Assembly (NCBI GenBank): GCA_001780035.1
Contig: MFEY01000007.1
Coordinates: 6,212-70,211, forward strand
Length of the DNA: 64,000 bases
Source: Candidatus Doudnabacteria bacterium RIFCSPHIGHO2_12_FULL_48_16
GTDB lineage: Bacteria > Patescibacteriota > Doudnabacteria > UBA920 > O2-02-FULL-48-8
Reading direction: 5' to 3'
Under the pieces are notes generated by a model. It searched no databases, was not told the origin of the DNA, and saw only the letters and a program-made list of their open reading frames with translations. The translations under genes were made by a program, and so were the position numbers. Below, one piece after another: positions 18,928 to 28,172 of the stretch (position 1 is the first letter of the stretch; the number at the start of each line of letters is the position of its first letter).

Positions 18928-19640
18928 TTTAATTCTTTAATTTTCTTAATTAAATTTTCTGGATACCAAACTGGTCCGATTATAACTGGTGCTATTGAAT
19001 TATAATCTGTTGTTCGCAGAACCACATTACCACTTTTGGAATCAGATAATTTAGCCAAAGATCCTAACACAGCGGTCGCTGGTATCGTCCGGCCCCGTGT
19101 TGAAATCATCTGCCAATAAGAAAACTTGGTTGGATAAATTTCAGTAATATTTTTGATATAAATCGTGCGGAGATTATACATTAATGGCAGCAATCCTTTG
19201 ATCTCAACTCTGTCGCTATAAAGGATAAATTTTCTGGAAAATGCGCTAAAACCTAGAAAAATAATAATAATTAATATAACCAATCCGACTATTAATAACC
19301 TTATATCCAGTTGATCAAATGCTTTAAGTGCTCCATACAGAATAAATACACTCATAAAGCCAAAATATCCTAATACCACATAAAATCCGGATCTATCTTG
19401 CTTAATTTCAATCCCGTTCGTAATGAACTCATATTTATCAGCTGTCTTATTTTGTTCTTGAGGTATATTGCCCAGGCCAGAAAAGAAAAGAATCGCGCCC
19501 AACACCATCATAAAAATGCCGACAATTTGCAAATTCTCGTTTGGTTTTAATCCCCAAACCAATACTGCTCCGGCAATGGCGAAAATTAAACCAAATAAAA
19601 TTAACGTTTTAGATGAGATAAATTCTGACTTCTGTTCCAT
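18924..19640 (-). CDS. Four-TM membrane protein with PH-like C-terminus
   Basis: Hydrophobic segments; AT-rich; coupled to gap stop. Confidence 0.65.
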   Translation of the reverse strand: MEQKSEFISSKTLILFGLIFAIAGAVLVWGLKPNENLQIVGIFMMVLGAILFFSGLGNIPQEQNKTADKYEFITNGIEIKQDRSGFYVVLGYFGFMSVFILYGALKAFDQLDIRLLIVGLVILIIIIFLGFSAFSRKFILYSDRVEIKGLLPLMYNLRTIYIKNITEIYPTKFSYWQMISTRGRTIPATAVLGSLAKLSDSKSGNVVLRTTDYNSIAPVIIGPVWYPENLIKKIKELK

Positions 19641-19641
19641 A

Positions 19642-20733
19642 TTACTCTTTCCCAATTAAGATTGCCTGCTCCACAAAGCGGTTGGCATAGCCGAATTCAT
19701 TGTCATACCAGGCCACAACCTTAACCATATCGCCGTCGACCACTTGGGTCAGGGACAAATCAACTACCGCGGAGTGCGGGTTACCAATGATATCAGAAGA
19801 AACGATTGGATCGGTCGTAACTTCCAGAATGTTTTTCCACATCGGATGCTTGGCCATCTCAATAAAAGCGTTGTTCACTTCCTCAACCGTGGTTCTTTTG
19901 TTCAACAGCGCGGTAAAATCTGAAAGAGAACCGCAGGCCACCGGCACCCGGAATGCAATTCCGCCAAACTCACCCTTGAGCTCCGGGATAACTTCAGTCG
20001 CCGCGATCGAGGCGCCGGTCGAGGTCGGTGTGATGTTGAAACCGGCGGCGCGCATTCGGCGCAGATCTTTATGCAATGGCGGCGGCGGCCCATCCACCAA
20101 ATTCTGCTCCACGGTCAGGGCATGAATCGTCGACATCATCATTTTTTTGACGCCAAACTTGCTATGCAGAATGGCTGCCACCGGCGTGATACAGTTGGTG
20201 GTGCAAGAGGCGTTGGAAATCACATTCTGGCCTTTGTATTGATCGCTGTTGACCCCCAAAATAAACGTCGGGGTAATTCCATCATCTTTCGCCGGGGCGG
20301 AAATAATGACTTTTTTGGCGCCGGCTTTGAGGTGAGCGGAGGCCAGCTCGGTGGTAATAAATCGGCCAGTCGATTCCAGCACCACGTCCACATTTAAATC
20401 CCGCCAGGGCAGCATAGCCGGGTCTTTTTCGGCGAAAATCGGAGTTTTCCGGCCATCGACGGTCAGTGTCCCGGCCGAAGAAATCAACGGGTTGGCTTTT
20501 TCTTTTTTGGTATCAAAACTCACCGGCTTGTCGTAAACGCCGTAGACCGAATCGTATTTTAAAAGGTTGGCCAGCACATCCGGTTCGGTCAGATCGTTGA
20601 TGGCCACCACCTGCAGTTCGGGTTTGGTCAGGGCAATTTTAAAGGCCTGCCTCCCGATCCGGCCAAATCCGTTGATCGCTATGCGAATTTTGCTCGCCCC
20701 GTTAGATTTTACAGAATTTTTATCGTTAATCAT
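19642..20733 (-). CDS. gap: Type I glyceraldehyde-3-phosphate dehydrogenase
   Basis: INGFGRIGR, SNASCTTNC, WYDNE. Confidence 0.97.
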   Translation of the reverse strand: MINDKNSVKSNGASKIRIAINGFGRIGRQAFKIALTKPELQVVAINDLTEPDVLANLLKYDSVYGVYDKPVSFDTKKEKANPLISSAGTLTVDGRKTPIFAEKDPAMLPWRDLNVDVVLESTGRFITTELASAHLKAGAKKVIISAPAKDDGITPTFILGVNSDQYKGQNVISNASCTTNCITPVAAILHSKFGVKKMMMSTIHALTVEQNLVDGPPPPLHKDLRRMRAAGFNITPTSTGASIAATEVIPELKGEFGGIAFRVPVACGSLSDFTALLNKRTTVEEVNNAFIEMAKHPMWKNILEVTTDPIVSSDIIGNPHSAVVDLSLTQVVDGDMVKVVAWYDNEFGYANRFVEQAILIGKE

Positions 20734-20777
20734 AAGTTATCATCCCCGTATTGATTTTTCTAAAAAATCTAACGGGG
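20697..20777. mobile_element. MITE-like element family A, subtype 2 (TIR CCCCGTTAGATTTT), overlapping the gap 5' end
   Basis: 81 bp; encodes MINDKNSVKSNG. Confidence 0.75.
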
Positions 20778-20782
20778 TGAAT

Positions 20783-20905
20783 TTATTTTACAATAGTTAA
20801 AAGAAACGCTGCCACAAACAGAGCCCACGCCATAAAAATGATATGTTCGGTGGGGTCCGAGAAATGGAAGTATTCATGCAATTTTTTGGTCTGCTTTTTT
20901 GCCAT
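20783..20905 (-). CDS. 40-aa single-TM small protein
   Basis: MAKKQTKKLHEYFHFSDPTEHIIFMAWALFVAAFLLTIVK. Confidence 0.5.
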   Translation of the reverse strand: MAKKQTKKLHEYFHFSDPTEHIIFMAWALFVAAFLLTIVK

Positions 20906-20938
20906 TTGAATTATTCCTGGTGAATTAATTATTATTTT

Positions 20939-21820
20939 CTAAATTTGGTTGCTTGTTTTCAAAACCTTCAGCTTGTGTTCGGCGACCTTTTGTAAGGCGT
21001 CAGTCGCGGGGGCCAGGAGTTTTCGCGGATCATAGATTTGAGGATTCTTTTTGAGATTGGCCCTTAAAGCTTTGTTAAATGCCACTCGCAGATCGGTATC
21101 GATATTGAACACGGCGACATTAAATTTGATTGCCGCCCGCAGCTGGGCATCGGGCACGCCGGACGCGCCATGCACGACCAGGGGAATTTTGACCTTCTGC
21201 CGGATCGCGGCCAGACGTTTGAGATCGATATGCTCCCTCAGGGTGGTTAAAACTTTTTTAATTCGCGGATCAATCGGAATGCCGTGCATCGACCCCACGG
21301 CTACCGCCAGCGTATCGATTCGGGTTTGAGCCACAAAATCCGCGGCCTGATCCGGATCTGTCATCAAATCTTCCCCCGATTTCACGTTTTGCCAATCTTC
21401 GTTGCCGAGGATCCGGCCGAGTTCGGCCTGGACCCAGACTCCCCGCTTGTGCGCGTAAGCAACCACTTGTTTGGTCAGCTTCAAATTTTCTTTGTAGGGC
21501 AAATGCGAGGCATCAATCATGACCGAGCTATAACCGAGATCGATTAATTTTTTTAATAAATTAAAATCATGGCAATGATCCTGATGCAGAGCAATCGGCA
21601 CGCGGGCTTGCCGCGCTTCGGTTTTGATCAAACCAACCAGTTCTTCGATCCCGGCGTATTCGAGAGCGCCAACCGAGGTCTGGATGATGATTGGAGCTTT
21701 CTGCGCTTGTGCGGCTCTTACGATCCCCAGTGTGGTTTCCAAATCCTGGGTGTTGAATGCCGGCACGGCATATTTGCCGAGCATGTGTCTGTTGATCAGT
21801 TTGCCAATATGGACGAGCAT
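20939..21820 (-). CDS. fba: Class II fructose-bisphosphate aldolase
   Basis: HQDH, SVMIDAS, AELG, VHGASG, YDPR. Confidence 0.95.
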   Translation of the reverse strand: MLVHIGKLINRHMLGKYAVPAFNTQDLETTLGIVRAAQAQKAPIIIQTSVGALEYAGIEELVGLIKTEARQARVPIALHQDHCHDFNLLKKLIDLGYSSVMIDASHLPYKENLKLTKQVVAYAHKRGVWVQAELGRILGNEDWQNVKSGEDLMTDPDQAADFVAQTRIDTLAVAVGSMHGIPIDPRIKKVLTTLREHIDLKRLAAIRQKVKIPLVVHGASGVPDAQLRAAIKFNVAVFNIDTDLRVAFNKALRANLKKNPQIYDPRKLLAPATDALQKVAEHKLKVLKTSNQI

Positions 21821-22027
21821 TTAGAATTTGATTCCGGCCTTAAAGATATCCATCAGGCTGGGCAGTTTGGGGTTGCCGGCCTTGGGCTTGCAAACAGCAT
21901 AAATCAATTTGTATTCGCAATTAAAATTCTTCGCGGTCGAGGCGGTTAGGCCGCGCCAAAATATGAAGCCGAGCACTATTACTACAACCAGGATAATTCG
22001 ATTTCTCATTTTTTTCTTGATGTACAT
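21821..22027 (-). CDS. Small membrane-anchored protein with a Cys pair
   Basis: TM plus CEYKLIYAVC; coupled to fba. Confidence 0.55.
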   Translation of the reverse strand: MYIKKKMRNRIILVVVIVLGFIFWRGLTASTAKNFNCEYKLIYAVCKPKAGNPKLPSLMDIFKAGIKF

Positions 22028-22032
22028 ATTAA

Positions 22033-22839
22033 TTATTGTATTTCAAGGGTGGATAATAGCTTTTGAAACTCAAGTTTCTTATGAGCTAAATCTGGATCCT
22101 TATCAGGATTTGGGATATAGAGCTCGAAGGCAATTCCTGAAAAATCCTTCGATGACTTGAGATTAAAAATAGCACCATAACGCCAGGGATAATACCACTC
22201 CATCCCGACGTAAGTTATAGGGTCAATAAAAATACCTGTAGTATTCACACCTGTAACCTCACTAATTAATTTGGAATCAAGCAGATATTTGGTGTTTTGA
22301 ATATATTTGAAGTAATATGCTGTAAGATTTTTAACGTAACCTGTACTATCAAAAAATTGTCCACCTCGATTAGTCTGGAAATCGGAACTAATGCCACCAA
22401 ATAATGCATAACGACTGTTTTGCCCTGGTGGTTTATAATATGCAGCAAATGTTTTCCCTTTGACCTGATCGGGATAAGATGTGTACCCGTAAGTTTCACC
22501 ATTTTTAATTTCGAGGGATATCTCGCCCCAATCGGATGGATATTCAAACTTTACCCCAAGCTCTTTACTTTCAAATGTCTTCCAGTTCAAGGTGTCATTT
22601 GTAGTTTCGGATTTTCTACAATTAGTTCCAGCATCAGGAAAATTGTCTTCCGGGATACAGGTATATCCAGAAGTCGGACAAGGAATGCCGGCAACACTAC
22701 CGCAAAAAATTTCACCTTTGTCTTGGTGGACCACTGGGCCTGGGATCGCCTGGTGCGCCACCTGCCAATAATAAAGCACTGACACGACTGCCGCGCCGAT
22801 CGCCACCAGAAATATGATTCCTAAAACTTTGTATTTCAT
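22033..22839 (-). CDS. PsbP-like surface protein with a small Cys-rich module
   Basis: TM, CGSVAGIPC...C...C, WKTFESKELGVKFEYPSDW, KLLSTLEIQ. Confidence 0.72.
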   Translation of the reverse strand: MKYKVLGIIFLVAIGAAVVSVLYYWQVAHQAIPGPVVHQDKGEIFCGSVAGIPCPTSGYTCIPEDNFPDAGTNCRKSETTNDTLNWKTFESKELGVKFEYPSDWGEISLEIKNGETYGYTSYPDQVKGKTFAAYYKPPGQNSRYALFGGISSDFQTNRGGQFFDSTGYVKNLTAYYFKYIQNTKYLLDSKLISEVTGVNTTGIFIDPITYVGMEWYYPWRYGAIFNLKSSKDFSGIAFELYIPNPDKDPDLAHKKLEFQKLLSTLEIQ

Positions 22840-23009
22840 TTGGTTTTCTTATGTTTCGTCATGGCGTCCCGGATCGAAATGCCCCGGGGCATACGCTTCA
22901 CCAAAACCCTTTGTCGCTCGCGCCAGCCCAAGGTTTTCAGTAATTCTTTTGGAATTACAACGGCCAATGATCTTTTGCCAACTCTGGTTACTTTATAAAC
23001 GTTTTTCAT
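22836..23009 (-). CDS. Second AbrB/SpoVT-like small protein (57 aa)
   Basis: MKNVYKVTRVGKRSLAVVIPKELLKTLGWRERQRVLVKRMPRGISIRDAMTKHKKTK; ATGA-coupled. Confidence 0.75.
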   Translation of the reverse strand: MKNVYKVTRVGKRSLAVVIPKELLKTLGWRERQRVLVKRMPRGISIRDAMTKHKKTK

Positions 23010-23019
23010 TTGCTTTTGC

Positions 23020-23037
23020 TACGTAGCATGCTACGTA
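23020..23037. promoter_or_regulatory. Perfect 18-bp palindrome, putative operator
   Basis: TACGTAGCA|TGCTACGTA. Confidence 0.6.
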
Positions 23038-23092
23038 ATTATATTATTTTTTAGGGAGTTTTCTCGAAGCCAATTAGCAAGCTATCTAACAT

Positions 23093-23818
23093 TTATTTAC
23101 TAAATTTAAATGTTGAGAAAATTTGATTAAGCAAATCCATTCGGCCGGAAATATGATATACACGTCCACTTAATTCTGTTAAATAGTCTGAATCACCGAG
23201 TTTCGTCCAAGAAATTCCGTAATAATTTGCAGACGTTTCTGTTTTATTTTTTAAATACTGGTTATCTCTTTTCACTATTGCGAGTTGTGAATTATAAACA
23301 TCAACCCGGGCATTGAAATCTTGTACCGGATACCTCTCAAATATCGCCACAAAAGTTCGAGAATCTGGCATATAGTCAATAGAACTAGCTGGATATTCTT
23401 TTGCTGTCCAGGTTTTTGGATATTGGAACTCAAAACTATATTTTTCGCTGCAGTAAGTCTTAAATTCTCGAGTTTCAACAATACCTGTACAGAAATTGGT
23501 TGTACTTTCATGATGTATAATCTCGGATATAGATTTATCTGGCAAAAATTTTATCAGTAACACTAAACTTACAATACCAAGACCTAATAACGTTACCAAG
23601 ACCGAAGTTAATTTTGATTTCTTCCGCAATTGCCATGCAAATAGCATAAGCAGTATTACAAACATCAACGCTAGTAAATCTAAATTTTCAGTCAACCAAT
23701 TGCCTGAATTATCGCTAAAAGATGTCACTAGAACTAAAAAGAATACGAATCCGCCAAAAATAATCAGTCCAATTACGAACCAAAACCATCCTTCGTTCTT
23801 CTGATCTTGTGGGTTCAT
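23093..23818 (-). CDS. Three-TM plus PsbP-like surface protein
   Basis: FKTYCSEKYSFEFQYPKTW; QIFSTFKFSK. Confidence 0.72.
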   Translation of the reverse strand: MNPQDQKNEGWFWFVIGLIIFGGFVFFLVLVTSFSDNSGNWLTENLDLLALMFVILLMLFAWQLRKKSKLTSVLVTLLGLGIVSLVLLIKFLPDKSISEIIHHESTTNFCTGIVETREFKTYCSEKYSFEFQYPKTWTAKEYPASSIDYMPDSRTFVAIFERYPVQDFNARVDVYNSQLAIVKRDNQYLKNKTETSANYYGISWTKLGDSDYLTELSGRVYHISGRMDLLNQIFSTFKFSK

Positions 23819-23821
23819 AAG

Positions 23822-23881
23822 CTATATTTCCCTTGCTCTAAATTTCGGATGCTTTTTCATATAGGCTTCGATTTCCGGAAT
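23822..23881 (-). pseudogene. Remnant 3' end of a pfkB allele
   Basis: IPEIEAYMKKHPKFRAREI* matches the pfkB C-terminus. Confidence 0.8.
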
Positions 23882-23906
23882 TTTTATGATAAATGCTTTC
23901 ATAAAA

Positions 23907-24752
23907 TCAATAAAATTTGAAGCTGGAAAGGATTTGATTGATAGTTTCAATGTTATTAACAAATACTTGTCCTGCGGTGAAAACTTGCACTTCAACCACT
24001 TTTTGCTCATGCTCAAAGAAATAAAGATTACCACCACCAAAAACATTAGGTCCAGCTTCCGCCTTATATCCAATATTATCCCCGACTATTATCCTCTCCG
24101 CATTTATGATATAAGGATCTGGTCCTAAAGAATATTTGCTTATAAAATCATTTAAGTCTTTTGTTCCCAATTTTTTCCAGTCAAGTTGTGAAAGTTGAGA
24201 ATATAGAGTGGCTCTAAATAAGTAAGGTAAATCCGTGTCGACATGACTACTGGAAGAAACAGAAGGAGGATCAGCTAACAAGACATCAGCTCCCCTATTC
24301 GACAGGCTAGTTTGAAAATGCCAATCGCCTGGATACTTAAGCTCAAAACCGTATTTCTCATCCCTATATACTTTCCAATTCCCGGTTTCAGCAGCCTCCT
24401 TGGCCTTCCTTTGTTGTATTAGTTGGTCAGCATTATATAAAAAACTGTTTTGTGTACTTATGTTTTGCAAATACGAAATAGCGCCAAGTACTATTCCCAC
24501 AATTAATAATAAAACGGCATATTTAAAAATTTTCTTCCTGATATTTTCTTTCTTTATGGGGAGATCATGTGCTCCAACGAGTAATAATAGTCCTACCAAA
24601 AGCAACATGATAAGTATAAGATAGTTTCCTCCTGAATCGAGTTCTCCTAAAGCAGTCTTGACATAAAACCAAAAAGCAATTGATCCAAGGGCCAAAATAA
24701 CGAATGAAACGCCAATGATATATAATATAGTTTTTATCATTTTTATATTCAT
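23907..24752 (-). CDS. Three-TM plus PsbP-like surface protein
   Basis: WKVYRDEKYGFELKYPGDW; QILSSFKFY. Confidence 0.72.
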   Translation of the reverse strand: MNIKMIKTILYIIGVSFVILALGSIAFWFYVKTALGELDSGGNYLILIMLLLVGLLLLVGAHDLPIKKENIRKKIFKYAVLLLIVGIVLGAISYLQNISTQNSFLYNADQLIQQRKAKEAAETGNWKVYRDEKYGFELKYPGDWHFQTSLSNRGADVLLADPPSVSSSSHVDTDLPYLFRATLYSQLSQLDWKKLGTKDLNDFISKYSLGPDPYIINAERIIVGDNIGYKAEAGPNVFGGGNLYFFEHEQKVVEVQVFTAGQVFVNNIETINQILSSFKFY

Positions 24753-24755
24753 AAT

Positions 24756-25196
24756 CTATATTTCTCTGGCTCGAAATTTCGGATGCGTCTTTAAATATTT
24801 TTCAATCTGCGGCCTGGTCTGTAGCCCGGCATGCGGCCCGATATGCATCACGACATTGCCGCCGTTTATAGTTCCCCAGGCCATAGCTTCTCCGACATTT
24901 TTTCCGTAAAAAATCGCGGCAGTAAATGCGGTGCCAAACGCGTCCCCGGCTCCGGTGGCTTCGATATGCGGGCCTACAAATTCATCCATTTTAAGCTGGC
25001 TACCAACCGCATCCAAGACTTCTGCGTCTATTTTATCTACAAGCTGAGACAAAATCGCGTCAAAACCCGCTGTTTCCAGCTTTAGTTCGTCTTTAGACAA
25101 TGGCCTATCCAAAGAGGATACTTTTACATCATGACCGGCCTGAGCCAATAAATCCAAACCTGTTTGTGGAATTTTTCTTGTAACGAATATTTTCAT
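24756..25196 (-). pseudogene. In-frame chimera: GyaR-like D-2-hydroxyacid dehydrogenase N-terminus (~69 aa) plus PfkB C-terminus (~77 aa)
   Basis: MKIFVTRKIP...DKIDAEVLDAVGSQLK fused to MDEFVGPHIEATGAGDAF...HPKFRAREI. Confidence 0.85.
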
Positions 25197-25208
25197 AGAA
25201 TTTTTTCT

Positions 25209-25317
25209 GTCTTTGCGAGGAGGAACGTCTGACGTTCCGACGAAACAATCTCTGGAAGAGATCGCCGCGCGACTGCCGAGAATAATACTTATTGATAAAG
25301 CAGTCGCTCGCGAAGAC
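25209..25317. repeat. Repeat family B copy
   Basis: gtctttgcgagg...ctcgcgaagac. Confidence 0.8.
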
Positions 25318-25359
25318 GTAATTTATTGATTAATTTTTCTTGTGACAAATATTTTCATG

Positions 25360-25635
25360 TTAAATCAAGGAGTTGAATATATTTTTCCAGATATTAAAGG
25401 TTAAAACCACGAAAGAAACAATAAACAACAATGCCCCCGGTATAAATTGCCTTCTCATAAAAATAGCGCCACCATACAGCAAACCAAATAACGCCAGTGG
25501 ATAAAGAAAAATAGCGATCATGAGTTTGCCGTAATCGATAAATCCAATCTCTCCGCGTAAACCAAAAAACATTAGCAACTCAACAGCTGACAATACTAAA
25601 GGCAAAACCCAATTTAGCAACATCTCTTTTTTCAT
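25360..25635 (-). CDS. Small three-TM membrane protein
   Basis: Hydrophobic, AT-rich, coupled to pfkB stop. Confidence 0.6.
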   Translation of the reverse strand: MKKEMLLNWVLPLVLSAVELLMFFGLRGEIGFIDYGKLMIAIFLYPLALFGLLYGGAIFMRRQFIPGALLFIVSFVVLTFNIWKNIFNSLI

Positions 25636-25636
25636 C

Positions 25637-26611
25637 TTAAATCTCCCGCGCCCTAAACTTAGGGTGCTTATTCAGATAATTCTCGATCTGCGCTCTAGTT
25701 TGCAATCCTTTGTGCGGTCCCACATGCATTACCACATTGCCGCCGTTGATCGTGCCCCAGGCGATGGCTTCGCTGACAGGTTTACCCAAGGCAATGGCTG
25801 CGGTAAACGCGGTTGAGTAGGCATCACCCGCCCCGGTGGCTTCGATATGCGGGCCCGGATATTCATCCAGATACCAAACGCGGGTCTGGCCCGAAGCATA
25901 AGACCCCTGCCGGCCGTCAGTCAGCACGGCAATTTTGGCGCCCAGCTTGTGCATGCCTTTGAGCAATGTTTTAACATTGCGCGTATTTTCCTTCAGCACC
26001 AGCTGCGCTTCTTCCCGATTGAGGAACAAAATTTCCGTGCGCTTGTAAATCCCGTTCAGTTTTGAAGCCCCCATCCGCATCTGGAACGTGCCGGGGTTGA
26101 ACGACAACCTGATTTTGGAATTTCGGTTCAAAAAACTTTCGATCTCCTTGTGAAATTTCTCGGTGCCGGCAGCCATGGAGGAAAAATAAATCCAATCGGT
26201 ATTCAGTTTCGGCAATTTATAAGCGAACTTGTTGTGCTTAATCAAGATCGTGCGCTCACCCTGAAACGACAGGACGAAATGGAAATTGGTCAAGACGCCC
26301 TGGTTGGCATGGATAAACTGCGTGTCGATTCCTTCGGCCTTCAGCTCCCGGACAATCTTACGGCCGTTTTCATCATCGCCGACCGAGGTCACAAACGCGT
26401 TACGCAAGCCGAGGCGAGCCGAACCCACGGCATTATTGGTCGAATTGCCGGCCGGGAGCATGGTCAAGCTTTCATAAGGAACTTTATCCGCATAAGAAAG
26501 ACAAAGCTGGCAGTTGGTATGGTCAACTGAGCAATGAACCGACGCCTCGTGCAGTTCAATAAACGCATCGATGGTCGTATCACCAATTGAAACTATGTCG
26601 TATTTCGGCAC
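25637..26611 (-). CDS. PfkB/ribokinase family carbohydrate kinase
   Basis: AGNSTNNAVGSARLG, FLNREEA, ATGAGDAY. Confidence 0.93.
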   Translation of the reverse strand: MPKYDIVSIGDTTIDAFIELHEASVHCSVDHTNCQLCLSYADKVPYESLTMLPAGNSTNNAVGSARLGLRNAFVTSVGDDENGRKIVRELKAEGIDTQFIHANQGVLTNFHFVLSFQGERTILIKHNKFAYKLPKLNTDWIYFSSMAAGTEKFHKEIESFLNRNSKIRLSFNPGTFQMRMGASKLNGIYKRTEILFLNREEAQLVLKENTRNVKTLLKGMHKLGAKIAVLTDGRQGSYASGQTRVWYLDEYPGPHIEATGAGDAYSTAFTAAIALGKPVSEAIAWGTINGGNVVMHVGPHKGLQTRAQIENYLNKHPKFRAREI

Positions 26612-26684
26612 TTTTTTGTTTCGGAAAGTTACTTTTACCTGTTTATTATAATGAATTGTTAAAAAATATGCAAATTAAAAAACC

Positions 26685-26781
26685 GTCTTTGCGAGGAGGC
26701 CAATTTTTGAGCCTTAACTTAGTGGCTGATGAAGCAATCTCTTTTCTCGTGATGAGATTGCTTCGTTTCGCTCGCAAAGAC
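26685..26781. repeat. Repeat family B copy
   Basis: gtctttgcgagg...gaagcaatctc...gagattgcttcg...ctcgcaaagac. Confidence 0.85.
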
Positions 26782-26789
26782 AATCTTTT

Positions 26790-27767
26790 CTATCTTTTTC
26801 TCTGGATAACTTTCTTTACCGCCGCGATGATCGCTTTTGAATCCATACCCCACTTGGCAATCAGTTCGTTGGGTTCGCCGCTTTCGCCAAAGTGATCAGG
26901 CATACCCACAAATTCCTGCGGCACCGGGAAATTTCTGGATAAAACTTCCGCCACCGCGCCCCCAACGCCGCCGGTAATCTGGTGCTCTTCGGCGGAAACC
27001 ACACAGCCGGTTTTTTTCACAGAAGTAACCAGAGTTGGCTCATCGATCGGCTTGACCGAAACTAAGTTGATCACTTCGCATTCAATTCCTTCTTTCGACA
27101 GCTGGTCCGCGGCTTGGAGCGCGTAGTAAACTTGCGGCCCGGCCGCCGCGATCGTGCAATCCTTGCCTTGGCGGAAAATAAAAGCCCGGCCAATTTCAAA
27201 GGGCGTCTCTTCCGTGGTAAATTGGGGGGTTTTTTCTCTGGCCAGGCGGATATACACCGGCCCGTTGAATTTGGCGCTCGCAACGGTGGCCTTGCGGGCC
27301 TCCAGGGCGTCACACGGCACCAGCACGCTCATCCGCGGTAGGACGCGGGTCATGGCGATGTCTTCCATGGCCTGGTGCGTGGCGCCATCCGGCCCCACCG
27401 AAATACCCGCGTGGGAGCCCACGATTTTCACATTATTGCCAGAATAGCAGATCGAAACCCGGATCTGATCCCAGTTGCGCCCGGGCGAAAATGTGGCGTA
27501 GGATGTGATAAACGGAATCTTGCCTTCGTGGGCCATGCCAGCGCCAAGGCCCGCTAAGTTCTGTTCAGCCACGCCGACTTCCACGAACCGGTCCGGATAG
27601 GCCCGGGCGAATTCTTGCGAGCGGGTCGATTCGGTCAGATCGCAGCAAAGCACGATGACATTGGGATTTTCTTTGCCCAAAACCATAAGCCCATCGCCGT
27701 AACCGTTACGGATCGGGACTTGCTTGATATCGGGCGCAAATAAATTATCTGTTAATTTAGCTGGCAT
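26790..27767 (-). CDS. Transketolase, C-terminal subunit
   Basis: GVAEQN, GPDGATHQ, EEH; start placed at MPAKL. Confidence 0.94.
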   Translation of the reverse strand: MPAKLTDNLFAPDIKQVPIRNGYGDGLMVLGKENPNVIVLCCDLTESTRSQEFARAYPDRFVEVGVAEQNLAGLGAGMAHEGKIPFITSYATFSPGRNWDQIRVSICYSGNNVKIVGSHAGISVGPDGATHQAMEDIAMTRVLPRMSVLVPCDALEARKATVASAKFNGPVYIRLAREKTPQFTTEETPFEIGRAFIFRQGKDCTIAAAGPQVYYALQAADQLSKEGIECEVINLVSVKPIDEPTLVTSVKKTGCVVSAEEHQITGGVGGAVAEVLSRNFPVPQEFVGMPDHFGESGEPNELIAKWGMDSKAIIAAVKKVIQRKR

Positions 27768-27960
27768 TTGTATCTTTGTTCTCGTGAATAAAGGCTTTGT
27801 ATTCGGATAATTTTTTATCAATCAATTCTAAATCATCACTTTTCATGGCTTCTTCCAAAACTAGCATTTTTTCATCTGCTAGATTTGTATATTTTTCATG
27901 CTCTTCGTCGCGGAACATGCGGCTCCGACGAGCGGCAAATTCTCTTCCTAATTCGCTCAT
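27757..27960 (-). CDS. Small helical hypothetical protein
   Basis: Coupled ORF between the transketolase subunits. Confidence 0.5.
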   Translation of the reverse strand: MSELGREFAARRSRMFRDEEHEKYTNLADEKMLVLEEAMKSDDLELIDKKLSEYKAFIHENKDTNAS

Positions 27961-28148
27961 GCCGCCTCCTCTTCAAAGGTCGGGTCAATGGCCCGAATCT
28001 CCCCGGTTAAAATACTCCTTTGCTCTTGAATTTCTTTGATCTTTGAGGTATCTCTGTCTTTTATAGCTTGGTCTAAATGCGGCTGCAAAGCATACCATTC
28101 TGTGAGTAATTCATCAATCCTTGAGCTACGTTCTGGTATTGTATTCAT
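27957..28148 (-). CDS. Small coiled-coil hypothetical protein
   Basis: ATGA-coupled ORF between the transketolase subunits. Confidence 0.55.
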   Translation of the reverse strand: MNTIPERSSRIDELLTEWYALQPHLDQAIKDRDTSKIKEIQEQRSILTGEIRAIDPTFEEEAA

Positions 28149-28172
28149 AAATTATTTTTCCTTTCTTTGCGA

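Noticed and set aside
23822-24073. 83-aa ORF as a real gene
   Set aside because: Mostly an alternate frame of 23907-24752; only the last ~20 codons are a pfkB remnant
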